Assembly (NCBI GenBank): GCA_951406725.2
Contig: OX597814.1
Location: forward strand, 47,492,001 to 47,556,000
Direction: 5' to 3'
Length of the DNA: 64,000 bases
From: Octopus vulgaris
Taxonomy: Eukaryota
Part shown: positions 42,336-56,365 of the stretch, piece after piece
Numbering within the stretch: position 1 is the stretch's first letter
How the letters are laid out: each line of letters begins with the position of its first letter
Translations under genes and position numbers: made by a program
The notes under the pieces: generated by a model
Told to the model about the DNA's origin: nothing
Databases searched by the model: none
The model's input: only the letters and a program-made list of their open reading frames with translations

Positions 42336-42451
42336 TCCTTTCGTTGTTGTTGTTGTTATTATTATTATTATTGTTGTTATTATTATTATTATTGTTGTTG
42401 TTGTTGTTGTTATTGTTGTTGTTGTTATTGTTGTTGTTGTTGTTGTTGTTG

Positions 42452-42965
42452 TGTAAGAGAGAAATGCATGCCATCAAAGTGATACTTGGGTATAAATATA
42501 CAAAGCCTAATATACCCATCATGACTACCCATCCGATAAAGATATACCAGGCACATCCATCACTTCCATATGTGCGCGACATAGTGATCTCATATCAAGA
42601 TAAACAGCGCATGATCTTGCCGGTGGGGTCGAGTAGCCCATCCTACTCAAAAGGTCCCTGAATAAGGTTTGTTTAAGGATGATAAACAAAACACTCATGT
42701 TTCCAGAGGTGAATTATTCAAACCCCAAAGAATTCTTCTCAACACATGGCTATGATACTCCCTCATTACTTCTGCTCGTGATCAGAGATGCACATATCGT
42801 CAGGCACCGAGAGACATACTCAACCGGTTAAGGTCAAGCAAATGGTATTGAGAAGAATATTTGTTGTAGTCCATCTTTTTTTACCAAGGCATAGGATGTA
42901 CATGATAACCCTTTCAATCAATTAAGATACGAAGCCATGAGAGCCACTGCCTGGTATTGCATCAA
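42452..42965. repeat. Family-D interspersed repeat, flanked by (TTG)n and (TTA)n
   Basis: Reverse complement of 54953-55500. Confidence 0.85.
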
Positions 42966-43383
42966 TATTATTATTAGTCGAGAAATTTGTTTGTGAAGAG
43001 ATAGAAACCCTCTATTTGGTAAATTTAATGTCGAATAGAACGTTATGTACAAGCCATGATAGGAAACTTGTAACCGGAATGTATGTAAAAAATCCGACAG
43101 CAAACCAAGCTGAACTGATAGGAATCCCCAGAAAAAGTTGAATCCCTTACAAGAAGCGAACGAATTGTCAACAATCCTGAAGTTGTGCTACTTTAAGAGT
43201 AAAAACTTATTGGAGTTGTCCTGAGAGTGAGCCGTCGCCGTGTCAAATGTCGAAACTACGGGAGTGGATAAATGAATGAATGAATCAGTAAATAAATGAA
43301 ACGTGAATATCACATCTTGGCTAATTCGATTCGTGCTTTCACACATGCATGCATTTATACATACATATATATATATATATATA

Positions 43384-43532
43384 TCACTTAGCGGTTAGGC
43401 AAAAAGAGACCGATAGAATAAGTACTGGGCTTACAAAGAATAAGTCCCGGGGTCGATTTGCTCGACTAAAGGCGGTGCTCCAGCATGGCCGCAGTCAAAT
43501 GACTGAAACAAGTAAAAGAGTAAGAGTAAAGA
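43384..43532 (+). mobile_element. Family-B SINE 3' fragment
   Basis: GGCGGTGCTCCAGCATGGCCGCAGTCAAATGACTGAAACAAGTAAAAGAG. Confidence 0.88.
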
Positions 43533-44130
43533 GATATACATGCACGCAAATACATACACACATATACATGCACATACACACACATACATACATACATATA
43601 AGCATGCACATACATACACACACATACATATGCAGACATGCATATATACGTAAATACGCATGTGCATGCAAACTTTCGTACATGTATACATGTATAAACC
43701 TATGCCTATATGCATATACATGTATATATACATGCATAAATGTATTCATATACACAAACATGCATACTTGCTTGCATATGTACATACATAAATATATATA
43801 CGTGCAAATATGCATACATGTATATGTTTATGCTTGCATACATACAAACATATGGTGGCATATTTGTATACATATATACATACAGTCATACGTACATACA
43901 TACATACGTGTGTGCTCATCTCGTACTTATCTAATCAACTCTGAAGGGATGAAAGGCAAAGTCGGCCTCTGCAGTTATGAGGATATAAACAAACCAACAC
44001 TGAATTTCAAACAGTGGGAAGAGAAGGGAGGAGGACATAAAAACCTGTAGATATATACACACATATATATATACGCGTGCACACGCACATATATACACAC
44101 ACATACACACATATATAATGTTTGTATGTA

Positions 44131-44176
<46 letters not shown>

Positions 44177-44177
<1 letters not shown>

Positions 44178-44227
44178 CAAAACTGTCCGACGAACGGGAA
44201 CGTGAAACTCCGAGTGACAGGTTTTGT
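44177..44227 (+). ncRNA. Decayed type I HHR in a TA-flanked insert of about 155 bp (44172-44326)
   Basis: ACAAAACTGT-CCGACGA-ACG GGAA CGT-GAAA-CTCCGAG-TG-ACAGGTTTTGT: all three stems intact, but U4C and G17 core changes. Confidence 0.65.
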
Positions 44228-44323
44228 TGAATTTCTGCAGCTTTTAAATAAAGCATATTACTCTAACCCTGGTATTTGAGTACTCTTTTTTCCACCTTGT
44301 TTCACATTTGTGTGTTTACTCCG

Positions 44324-44497
<174 letters not shown>

Positions 44498-44530
44498 TGA
44501 TCAAAATAAAAACATGATGCCAAGGATTCA

Positions 44531-44608
44531 GCGGTACATATGTTTAGGGCCTTTATTAGACAGATTTATAACAATGCATAATGTATGTCTGTGGCCTTCT
44601 TCAGCCGC
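44531..44608 (-). ncRNA. Type I HHR (left arm, GAAA changed to TAAA)
   Basis: Minus strand GCGG-CTGAAGA-AGGCC...GGCCC-TAAA-CATATG-TA-CCGC. Confidence 0.6.
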
Positions 44609-44865
44609 GCACAACGACTTCCGCAAGGACATGTGTTACATCAAAAATTCTTGGATGCAAATCCTCTCATTCGCGTACGACATAATGCGGCAACAGCATA
44701 GAATTTACTTCAACATCCAAATTTCCTCATTCTACATTGAGAGAAGAAAGAGATGGACGCTTCAATTCTATGCTGTTGCCGCATTATGTCGTACGCAATG
44801 AGAGGATTTGCATCCCCAACCAAGAATTTTTGATGTAACACATGTCCTTGCGGAAGTCGTTGTGC

Positions 44866-44943
44866 GCGGCTGAAGAAGGCCACAGACATACATTATGCAT
44901 TGTTATAAATCTGTCTAATAAAGGCCCGAAAAATATGTACCGC
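44866..44943 (+). ncRNA. Type I HHR with long stem II (right arm)
   Basis: GCGG-CTGAAGA-AGGCC ACAGA...TCTGT..GGCCC-GAAA-AATATG-TA-CCGC; the two-arm consensus restores GAAA-CATATG-TA. Confidence 0.68.
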
Positions 44944-45042
44944 TGAATCCTTGGCATCATGTTTTTATTTTGATCAATTTACTCCACCACCTACACCAAA
45001 CGGTATACATAGGTGCTTATAATTATCAAGTACTCACCCCGA

Positions 45043-45153
<111 letters not shown>

Positions 45154-45154
45154 T

Positions 45155-45315
45155 ACAACGGGCTTCCACATCATTACCGTTACGTAATTCACGTGCAAAG
45201 CATTGGTCGGCTTTGTGTCATAGTATCATAGAAAAGGCTCGCCCAAGGGGCCACGCAGTACGACTGAACCCGAAACCATATGGTTGCAAAGCGAGCTTCT
45301 TAATCACAGCCATTC
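45155..45315 (-). mobile_element. Degenerate family-B SINE 5' part
   Basis: GCCCAAGGGGCCACGCAGTACGACTGAACCCGAAACC. Confidence 0.7.
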
Positions 45316-45834
45316 CTAAAAAAAAGAAAAAAAAGAAGAAAATGAAAGAAAGAAAAAAAAACCCACACTACTTATCTGCAAAATATAACGCAGGTGAATA
45401 TTTAGACTTAGATTCTCTGAGTCGAAAACGTATTCGTTGAGTTAATGAGCTGTTCATATAATCGACTTTAATTTCCAATTTCCAATATGAAAAGGAATAA
45501 AAACAAAAATAAGACAAAATGAAACATCCGCCTAAGTATATATCTATGATTTTCAGAAATGAATAATTTTATATAATTACATGTTTCAGTTTCTCTCCAT
45601 TCTTTTTATAAAATGACACGATAATAAGAGATGTCTTGTGATCTTAGTGTTTGCTGTTGTAATATCTTTGTAGTTAGCATTAATTATTATTTGTACCACA
45701 GCATTGTTAATATATTACAGCTTACGTCCTCAAAGTAGCAGCAATAACTGGTATTTAATTTAATGACTTTTCTTTCACCTAATTAAGACGTTTGAATGGC
45801 CTGTTTTCGCTTTTATGAAAAGGGGAATAAACTA

Positions 45835-46144
45835 TATACATACATACATACATACATACATACATACATACATACAGACAAACATACATACATACATACA
45901 TACAAACATACCTACATACATATATGCATACATACATACATACATACATACATACATACATACATACATACATACAAACATACCTACATACATAAATACA
46001 TACAAACATACATACATACATGCAAACATACATACATACATACATACATACATACATACATACCTACATACATACATACATACAAACATACCTACATGCA
46101 TACATACATGCATACATACATACATACATACATACATACATACA

Positions 46145-46175
<31 letters not shown>

Positions 46176-46207
46176 CTACATACATACAAGCATACATATA
46201 CATATAT
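45835..46207. repeat. (TACA)n microsatellite
   Basis: Direct reading. Confidence 0.97.
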
Positions 46208-46435
46208 GAAGGTGAGGGTCTACACGAACATTTTTCACACAATACAGTAGCAAAAGAACAGATACATACACATGCACGTGCATACACATATGCACACATA
46301 TCTCTATAGCCTTAAAAGTAATGTGTGCGTGTGTGTGTGTGTATGTGTGTGTGTGTGAATTCTCATACATTATACGCAACATAAATAATATGGTTTAGTC
46401 ACAAAAGCTCAGAGACTTTTACCTTGTGAAACTTG

Positions 46436-47047
<612 letters not shown>

Positions 47048-47529
47048 ACTAATTAGTATATCGTTTTCATCTTAAGACCGCCAACGACAGCTTGGCAAAC
47101 ATTGCATTTTCTCTTGTTCAACAATTGCAAATTAAGGTGTAATATGGAAATAATTAAGAGTAGTAAATCTTGCTTCGAATCATAAAACTGATCTTAACTA
47201 ATAACCTTTTAGAAATTCAATAGCATGCTGCCTCCCGCGTAAAACATAAAATCCCAATTACTTAATGCATCACAAGAGCGTTTCGTAATTTATCTCTTTG
47301 TCGTTTTCTATTACAATTCCATGCACATCCAGGATGCTGTAAAAGAAATATTAAACCGGCACCAGTATAATGTTTTCTTCAGTAGAATAGTAGAATGGTA
47401 GAATGGTAGAATGGTAGAATCGTGGTGTTGTATAAAACGTTCATTGGAGTATTGTGAGAAAATTGTAATTAAAATTTAAATTAATACATTATTGCTAAAT
47501 ATTCTTTGATGTTGCTGCTCCTGTTGTGG

Positions 47530-47561
<32 letters not shown>

Positions 47562-47734
47562 AATAAAATGGGGGGAAATATTGGCGAAAATATCAGTAAA
47601 GCAAGACTTGTAATCTCTCTCTCTCTCTCTCTCTTTCTCTCTATTTCTTTCTCTCTCTCTCTCTCTCTCCCTCTTTCTCCACACACACACATACTTTTAA
47701 TCTTTTATCCTTTTATGCATTTAAGCTCAAAGGC

Positions 47735-48430
47735 TATAGCCATGAAGGAGTATCGCCAGTTTCACCACCTTTCAGTGGCCATTCGCATGTAGTTTGCTGT
47801 TTTGAAGCGGCAAGTTTGACCCTGCTGCCCTCTTCTGAGTTTTTTTTGCTGTGAATGTGTTCACTAGGATCTTGGACAGCAGAAAGTCAATGCGTTTCTT
47901 GAAAAATCAACCTCCACTTCAAGTAGATGTCTCAGGCTTTTTTTTTTTCACAAGATACTAAATAACTGTGGGCCTTTGAATTCCTAGCCATTAGAGTACC
48001 TATTCTTTACTCTAGCCGGGGTGGATGGGACCTTTGACATAGTGCAGTGGCATCCTGTTCGAGGATTGGTCTAGCTCCCTATGCTAAAGTTTGGTGCCAG
48101 CTCTTCTGAGATCTTCCATATGTATATCGCCGCAAAGCTCCCTCGTCTTCATTCCAGGAAGTAGAGCCGTAATTCTTTCAGTCTCTCCTAGTGGCTCACC
48201 TGTTTCATTGATGTAATCTTCTTAGTATAGCATCGCCGAACTGCCTCGAGTTCCGCTATTATTTGACTGTGAAGTGACCATAGTGAGAGTAGTAGAATAG
48301 ACGGCAGAGGATAAATATTCTCCATAGTTTCTTTGTCCTTGTTCTAAAAGATTTCAGAATCCATTCGGCCAGTTACCTGCACATTGCCATTATCTTGATG
48401 ATATGTACATGAAATGAAGCTTGGTTGTTC
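47735..48430 (-). mobile_element. Decayed CR1-group LINE 3' end
   Basis: Minus strand ERLKELRLY.LE.RRE....IYIWKISE.LAPNF. Confidence 0.7.
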
Positions 48431-48564
48431 AGCATCAATCTCCAGGTCACGAACTGTGTTTGACTCTGAGATTGCCGCTCCTTTTCGTCCAAAGTATCAT
48501 TGTTGCGACTTGTTATAATAAGCTGGCCGAGAGCGAGGGCTTGGAATTATCCTACTGCAATAAA

Positions 48565-48610
<46 letters not shown>

Positions 48611-48879
48611 CTATTAAACTGAAGTTACCATTTTAAAGCAAGTTTAAGAATAACAACGAAACACTTACTGATTAGGGAACTCGACACTGAATATAGAGTC
48701 AAATTTATTGTACAAATAATGTAAACAGGAATAAGTTTAGTCAACCAGTCTGGCCGAATAAGCTCTTAAGCAAAACTCAAAGTCCAAATCCAACATAAGT
48801 TTTGCAATATATATGTGTGTGTGCATATATGCAATAATATACGTGTGTGTGTATGTTTTTATATATATATATATATATA

Positions 48880-49262
48880 TAAGAAAGTTGGTTTGTGAAA
48901 GCACGTGGGTGAATATATAAAAAATAGTAAAGAGTGAAAAAACGACAGAAGGCTTAAATGTTAAAAAATATATATATTTGCGTCAATATGTCTGAAGAAT
49001 ATTAGAAAATTTTTTAAACAAATTTTTTTTCCTTTATAGGACTACCTTCCCTTATTTAGAACTCTCCGGAGCTTAAACACAAGGATAACTCTATTAAACA
49101 TAAACATAACGTCACAAGAAATTTGAAAAGCTAAATGCGAAACCGGTCTTTCTTTAAAAATTATGTCATTATTAAGGAAAAAAAATTTGTTTAAAAATTT
49201 TCTAATATTCTTCAGACATATGTCGTTTTTTCACTCTTTACTATTTTTCACTCTTTACTATA
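48880..49262. mobile_element. TA-flanked foldback element with an HHR in the spacer
   Basis: About 48920-49035 is complementary to about 49173-49248; (TA)n on both sides. Confidence 0.75.
49116..49154 (+). ncRNA. Type I HHR, U3-A8 variant (different family)
   Basis: AAGAAA-T-TTGAAAA-GC TAAAT GC-GAAA-CCGG-TC-TTTCTT; 6-bp stem I with one extra U; palindromic CCGG stem III. Confidence 0.6.
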
Positions 49263-49344
49263 TATATATATATACAGATACATACATACATACATACATA
49301 CATACATACATACATACATACATACATACATACACATTAAATTA

Positions 49345-49625
49345 CATTCGGTTGTCATTGTGTCTTGTGACACTTGAAGCGACAGCAAGATCATTCCACC
49401 TTCCAACACTGAAAGCGTCCTTGACAGCCTGTTCCATTGTTAACCCTCTGCTTTTTAAAGATCTGTTGTTATTGTTCTCCGCCACGTTTCCTTTGGTTGA
49501 CCACGTCTTCTTTTACCTCGTAGAATTCCATTGCAAAGCGATCCTGGCAAGTGAGTTCGGTTTATAGCGTCAAACTCAACCCAGTCATTTCCTTCTCCTT
49601 GCTTCAATAGTTTTTCTTATTGGTT
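49345..49625 (-). mobile_element. RTE-clade LINE 3' fragment
   Basis: Minus strand IEARRRK.LG...LARIALQWN..GKRRRGQPKETW. Confidence 0.75.
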
Positions 49626-49629
49626 TCAC

Positions 49630-49960
49630 GTATGTATGTATGTATGTATGTATGTATGTATGTATGTATGTATGTATGTATGTATGTATGTATGTATGTA
49701 TGTATGCATGCATGCATGTATGTATGTATGTATGTATGTATGTATGTATGTATGTATGTATGCATGCATGCATGTATGTATGTATGTATGTATGTATGTA
49801 TGTATGTATGTATGTATGCATGCATGCATGTGTGTGTGTGTGTGTACGTACGTACGTATGTATGCATGCATGCATGTATGTATGTATATATGTATGTATG
49901 TGTGTGTGTATGTATGTATGTATGTATGTATGTATGTATGTATGTATGTATGTATGTATG
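49630..49960. repeat. (TATG)n microsatellite
   Basis: Direct reading. Confidence 0.97.
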
Positions 49961-50781
49961 TTGGTGTAATCCTGGCTTATTAGATTAAGTCTTCTAATGT
50001 GGACAAAGTTGTTACTTTGTGCAGCTATGCAGACATCATGCCGTTTCTATTCCCGTAGACGTTATTACAACTTTATTCCGCCCTACATTTGTCAGTACAT
50101 ACAAAATTTCATCTCTGTGAACTAATCTATGGAATTCGAAATATCAAGGAAACATCTTTGTAGTGCCACCCTACTTAAATCGTATCTTAAGCTCTTTCAA
50201 AAATATGATACAGACAACATTTTTAAATGTTTTATTTATAACAAGTGCAGTGCTCCTGAACCTTTTCAGGGTCTATTGATAGGAAAGAAGGGACGAAGGG
50301 GAGAAGTTATCCCAACAAGATGATCCCTCATCCACCCACTAAAGACTCTCAATAACCAGTTGGTAGTGGCAATCCGTGCAACAAGTTATGTCTACCACTG
50401 GAAATCAGGAACAATCGCTCCTACGGGCTACTATACGGTTTTCGTTCACTAAATTTCACTGACAAATATTTGGTCGGTCTGAGGTTTTGTGTACCGTGCG
50501 GTGGAATCGAACCCGAAACTACGTAGAAGCGTAGCGAAATTCCTAAACACACACCTATGAAGTTATAGAACTCGAACGCCTTTTGTCATAAATCTACTGG
50601 CTCAAGGTAGATTTGCGATTAAACAGCTGTAACAATAACATTTGGGAATCAATACTGCCTAAATCGTAGAATCTCCGTAAATAAGTAGATTATCAAGCCA
50701 AATCGCAAAGGCTACTCTAGTCTGCACGCAATCTAGCTACGACACTGCTTCCGATGGTCATTTTCCTTGCCAAAATTTTGA

Positions 50782-50871
<90 letters not shown>

Positions 50872-51364
50872 GCGTGTGCGTGTGAAAAATGTTCCCATGA
50901 CTGTATTTCTCTTCTCGAAATATTCGATTCATAGCAGTTGTTAGCAGAGTGAAATTTTTCAAGAAACAATGTTTAATGTATATAAACCCTTCGTTTAGTA
51001 ATATATAATTTATAATGTGCAATTGTTAAACAATATCGTTTCATATTGTACTAGAGATCATGTCGATGATATTGCGAGAGAATTTGTAACTTATTTGCTT
51101 ATTGCTAGTATTCTCTTCGTTATACATTTAATGGGTCTATTGAAAATATTTTCCCCGATTCTACATCTCTAAAACCTAGGTAGCCAATAGAATCTCTATG
51201 TATGTTCTCGTCCATCGATGAAGACCATAATTTTTGGTTGCACGGTTGATTGAATTTTATGTGTCCCTATATTGCTGGTGAGGAACGATCATAAGTAAAG
51301 CATATGTGGTTTCATTTGTGGTACCGGTTGTCCGGTTTCTTGAAAACTTATTTATATTTTTTTA

Positions 51365-51546
51365 TTTCTTTACTACCCACAAGGGGCTAAACACAGAAGG
51401 GACAAACTGGTGCTTAATTTATCGACTCCGAAAGGATGAAAGGCAAAGTCGACCTCGGCGGAATTTGAACTCAAAACGTAGCGGCAGACGAAATATTGCG
51501 AAGCATTTCGCCGGCATGCTAACGTTTCTGCCAGCTCGCCGCCAGC
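51365..51546 (-). mobile_element. Family-A SINE (internally deleted)
   Basis: Core and head match the 459-683 copy. Confidence 0.88.
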
Positions 51547-51878
51547 TCATTTATATTTTCTGCTATCTGAATGCTGTCTTTCCTCTGGGTTTTGCACCTA
51601 TGCTGATGAAGCAAACTGTTCTATGGATTCTGAGCCAATGCTCATGGTTTTTTTCTGTTACTTTCAAGTCATCCTTGTTGCGCTTTTCCTGACCGCTCAT
51701 ATTCCCATCTCTGTAGCAAGTTCATCAAACAAGAGTTGTTTTGGTTTGTGTGTATTGTTCTTCCATTCAAGTTGTATGCACGCTTTATCTCTTTCCCAAC
51801 TCTCTAATTTGTTTTAGATTTTCTAAAGAAGCTATAATTTCAGATTGGAGGTGTGAAGTGTATCAAGATTAAAATTGA

Positions 51879-52293
51879 AGGCGGCGAGCTGGCAGAAACG
51901 TTAGCACGCCAGGCGAAATGCTTAGCGATATTTCGTCTGCCGCTACGTTCTGAGTTCAAATTCCGCCGAGGTCCACTTTGCCTTTCATCTTTTCGGGGTC
52001 GATTAAATAAGTACCAGTTACGCACTGGGGTCGATATAATCGACTTAATCTGTTTGTCTGTCCTTGTTTGTCCTCCCTGTGTTTGGCCCCTTGTGGGTAG
52101 TAAAGAAATATGTATTTCGTCTCTCTTTACGTTCTGAGTTCAAATTCTGCCGAGGTCGACTTTGCCTTTCATCCTTTCAGGGTCGATAAATTAAGTACCA
52201 GTTACGCACTGGGGTCAACGTAATCGACTTAATCCCTTTGTCTGTCCTTGTTTGTCCCCTCTATGTTTAGCCCCTTGTGGGCAATAAAGAAAT
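51879..52293 (+). mobile_element. Dimeric family-A SINE with a single 14-bp TSD
   Basis: AAGATTAAAATTGA (51865-51878) / AAGATTAAATTTGA (52294-52307); two cores inside; inserted into an old LINE fragment (about 51550-52470, minus strand). Confidence 0.88.
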
Positions 52294-52755
52294 AAGATTA
52301 AATTTGATTCTTCTACATCGAAGTCAGACAACTTAACCTGTCAACCTTATGACTATATCCATCAACGTAGTGACAACTGATCGTTTACTTAGCTTATTCG
52401 TTATGTATGCATGAACATATCCAAACGTTGTTGATATTGTTTTGAGCGCACGTATATTGTTAGATGCATTCTAAAAATACAGCAAACACCGAAGTCCACT
52501 TATTTTGAACTTGGTATTATATAAATTAGTATCGACATGGTTGCAAAACTAGGTGTTGTATATTCAATATACTCTAGACGTTCAATCTATCTAGAGCAAA
52601 GGTAAGCAACAGGTGGGCTGTGGCTCCTGTTTCGAGTCGCTACTGAGGTGTTCTCTGTGAAACTCGAAACTTTTCTAAAATATTTTTTCCCAGTTGAACA
52701 TATTTATGGGCCACCGAACAGTTGATGGCTCTTAGATTGTCCTTTGTGTCATAAG

Positions 52756-52925
52756 TGATGGCGTATAGCCTAGTGGTTAAGGTGTTGTACTCACGATCAC
52801 AAGATCTTGGTTTCGAAACCTGGACCGGACAGTGCGTTCTTGAACAAAACACCTCATTTCACGTTGATCCAATCCACTCAGTTGTAATAACCCTGCGACG
52901 GACTGGCATCCCGTTCGAGGGAAGT
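52756..52925 (+). mobile_element. tRNA-derived SINE family C
   Basis: TAGCCTAGTGGTTAAGG A-box; GGTTTCGAAACC B-box; ACCCTGCGACGGACTGGCATCCCG conserved-domain-like tail. Confidence 0.75.
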
Positions 52926-53543
52926 ATTCTGACCACTTATATTATAAGTGATCGAGATCAGAATACTTCCCTTGGAAAGTGAGTAACCAACCCTATAAGT
53001 CCGTGGATTCGAGACAGCGCGTGTTTTTCTTTTTACTTTTGTGACATATTGTTTTGTTTTGTTTAGTTTTTTTTTGCAATTAAAACATTGCTAGTAATAT
53101 AAATGGGGATACTCGGCGATATTTTTACATGTAAAATATGATATAATATAATATACATGTGGATCATGGATGAATGTGAAAAAACAAAAATCAAAGGTGG
53201 GTTATTACCAAATGAAGTTGGTGATCTGTAATCTAGAGTTAAAAGCCTGAGGGACATCACAACTGTTATGCATGTATATGATTTTAAGAAACAATTAAAA
53301 CCGGCTTCTGAGGAAAAAACGGAAGAGAGGAATGTGGAGCAGGAGTTGTTACCAACTAAGGCTCAGCAGATGGGATGTTCTTTCGATAATTAGTGCGTTT
53401 CAAAAACAGTTTGGGACTAGTCAACTTGGTCTCCTCTACCTGTTAAAAATATTATCTAAAGTACCCTTTAAACTCCACCCTGCCATCTAAAAAAGAAAAC
53501 AAGGCGGGAAGAATGCTGTGAATGATATAGACTGAGTATACTG

Positions 53544-54093
53544 TGTAGTGACGTTATACAACAGTGCGCGCGCAACGTCATTTTCAATGTGCGGGTGCGG
53601 AACATCCTTCTTCAGTGTGCGTGTGCGGGGTTGGAGCCTTCTGAAAAGGCAGAAGGGAAGTGCCCTCTCGGACATGCGCAAAGACTGAAGAAGGAATTGC
53701 TGATGTGGCATTAGCTGATAGGCGAGGGACAGCGTTCCCTTAACAAGGACACAGAGAGACACGCTTAGTATCCAGAACGCCTTGATACGAGATTGTTGCA
53801 GACCTATTTTCTCCGCTGTCTCTGGACGCTAAATTTTGACCTTGCTCTGTTTTGCTGCTGAACTTGTTGTAAGATTCTTACAAGTGTTAAAGTTCAGCCT
53901 TGCCACACCAGAACCAAGTGGATACCAATATACCACCTTACTTCTTTCTGTGAATAAGAAAATAAAGAATATATATATTTTTAAGGTTGCGTTCGTGATC
54001 CTTGACTGGTAGATTCTGGAAATTAAAGAACGGAAATTGTGTTGCACCTGAGTTGCACCCCAAAAGTGTAAGAAGCACCGAGTTCCCGTTACA
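53544..54093 (+). mobile_element. Solo LTR (550 bp), probably Ty3/Gypsy
   Basis: Termini TGTA...TACA; 4-bp TSD ACTG at 53540-53543 and 54094-54097; AATAAA near 53961; GC-richer than its flanks. Confidence 0.75.
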
Positions 54094-54813
54094 ACTGTGA
54101 GTAAATAAAAGATGGACTAACGATGGCTATAATACTTTTGATTTGTGGTTTCGATCGGGGCTGAGTTGAAGTGAAATCACAAAAATATCAATTTGCGTTT
54201 AGAAGTCTATCCTAAGTAATTGATATACGAGTATTATTTCTGTTTTCGTCTTTCTCAAGTCACATTTTCTCTTTTTAATATATATTTTTTTTAGCTATTT
54301 TCATAATAAAAATAAATAAATATATAAAAATTATATAACCGGGCCAGTTGCATAAGTGAGTGAAAGGAAGATCATCCTGATTTCGAAATGTCCTATTAAC
54401 CGGAATCGATATAGTCACCTTAATTTCATAGTGGATAGTTGCATATACCGGTTAACTGCATGTCATTTCGAAACTTCGAAAACGTTTTGCATTAAATTTA
54501 TGTAAAATTGATTGGTTAATTACATATGCAAATAGAGTCGATTTCAGTTAATTGCATTTTATTTATTGTTTTTCTCTGAGTTAAAAAAAAAAAGACATTG
54601 GCGAAATGTATAAAACTGTAAATTTAATTTCATTAAAGCGATACTGGAGGCGTCTGTTTCTACGAGTTAAAATAATAGTTGTCTGTAATTTATTTTTATA
54701 AACAACAGATGTAAAAGAATCACATGTATTCAAGTTAGTATTTCAATAATTATCATATTTTTAACTGTGTAATAAAATCCTCAATAAAAATTTATAGTAG
54801 AAGTAATTTATGA

Positions 54814-54890
<77 letters not shown>

Positions 54891-54893
54891 CAA

Positions 54894-54930
<37 letters not shown>

Positions 54931-54952
54931 AACAACAACAACAATAATAATA

Positions 54953-55521
54953 AAATGCCCTGATGCAGTACCAGACAGTGGCTCTCATGGTTTCTGATCT
55001 TAACTGATTGGAAGTGTTATCATGTGCATTGTTTAGTCTTGGAATAAAAGATGGGCTACAGCAAATATTCTGCTCAATACCACAGATTTGCTTGTCAGTT
55101 GTTTGACCTTAACCAGTTGAGCATGTCCCTTTGTGGCTGCCGATATGTGCATCTCTGATCACAGGCAGAAATAGTGGGGGAGCATCATAGCCATGTGTTG
55201 AGAGGGATTCTTTGGGATTTGAATAATTCACCTCTGGAAACATGGCTGTTTCGTTCAACATCCTTCAACAACCTTTATTCAGGGACCTTTTGAGCGGGAT
55301 GGGTTACTCGACCAGAAGAAAATTCTAACCGAGCCCCACCTGCAAGGTCATGCGCTGTTAATCTTGATATGAGATAACCATGTCGCGCACACATGGTTGT
55401 GGTGCATGTACCTGGTGTACCCTTATCAGATGGGTATACTGGGCTTCGTATATTTTACCCCAGTGTCACTTTGATGGCATGTATTGCCCTCTCACTCAAT
55501 GATGATAATAATAATAACAAT

Positions 55522-55592
<71 letters not shown>

Positions 55593-56040
55593 TTCTGCTC
55601 AATACCACAGATTTGCTTGTCAGTTGTTTGACCTTAACCAGTTGAGCATGTCCCTTAGTGGCTGACGATATGTGCATCTCTGATCACGAGCAGAAGTAGT
55701 GGAGGAGCATCATAGCCATGTGTTGAGAAGGATTCTTTGGGGTTTGAATAATTCACCTCTGGAAACATGGGTGTTTCGTTCAACGTCCTTAAACAACCCT
55801 TATTCAGGGACCTTTTGAGCGGAATGGGTTACTCGATCTGAAGAAAATTCTAACTGGGCTCCACCTGCAAGGTCATGTGCTGTTTATCTTGATATGAGAT
55901 CACCATGTCGCGCACATATGGTTGTGATGCATGTGCCTGGTGTACCCTTATCAGACGGGTAGTCATGATGGGTATACTGGGCTTCGTATATTTTACCCCA
56001 GTGTCACTTTGATGGCATGCTCTGCTCGCTCACTCAATAA
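54953..56040. repeat. Two tandem family-D repeat copies separated and flanked by (AAT/AAC)n
   Basis: 55063-55500 recurs at 55588-56040. Confidence 0.9.
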
Positions 56041-56365
56041 TAATAATAAAAACAGTTTTTAAACAAGCGTTGAATCGATGCTATTTTTGTTATCGACTAC
56101 ATTAGTCTCTGACTGTATGGAGCGATCTGTTGTCAGTGAATAAACCAAATTGTGTGAAAGTCATTGCTACGACATATAAATATGGCTATGCTTGGATAAC
56201 AAAACATAATCAGAGAACTGAAAACCCTTACAAGATATATAAGTCAATCTATTATCATACTGATGCATATCAACATAAATAGAGTGAAATATAAACTATC
56301 TAACCCTGTGTATGATAATATGATATAATATGTGTGTGCGTGTGTACGCATATGTATGCATGTAT

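Noticed and set aside
51210-51250. HHR-like CGATGAAGACCA...TGGTTG hairpin
   Set aside because: No GAAA and no stem I or III
54526-54533. Octamer ATGCAAAT regulatory site
   Set aside because: A single 8-mer in AT-rich DNA is not significant
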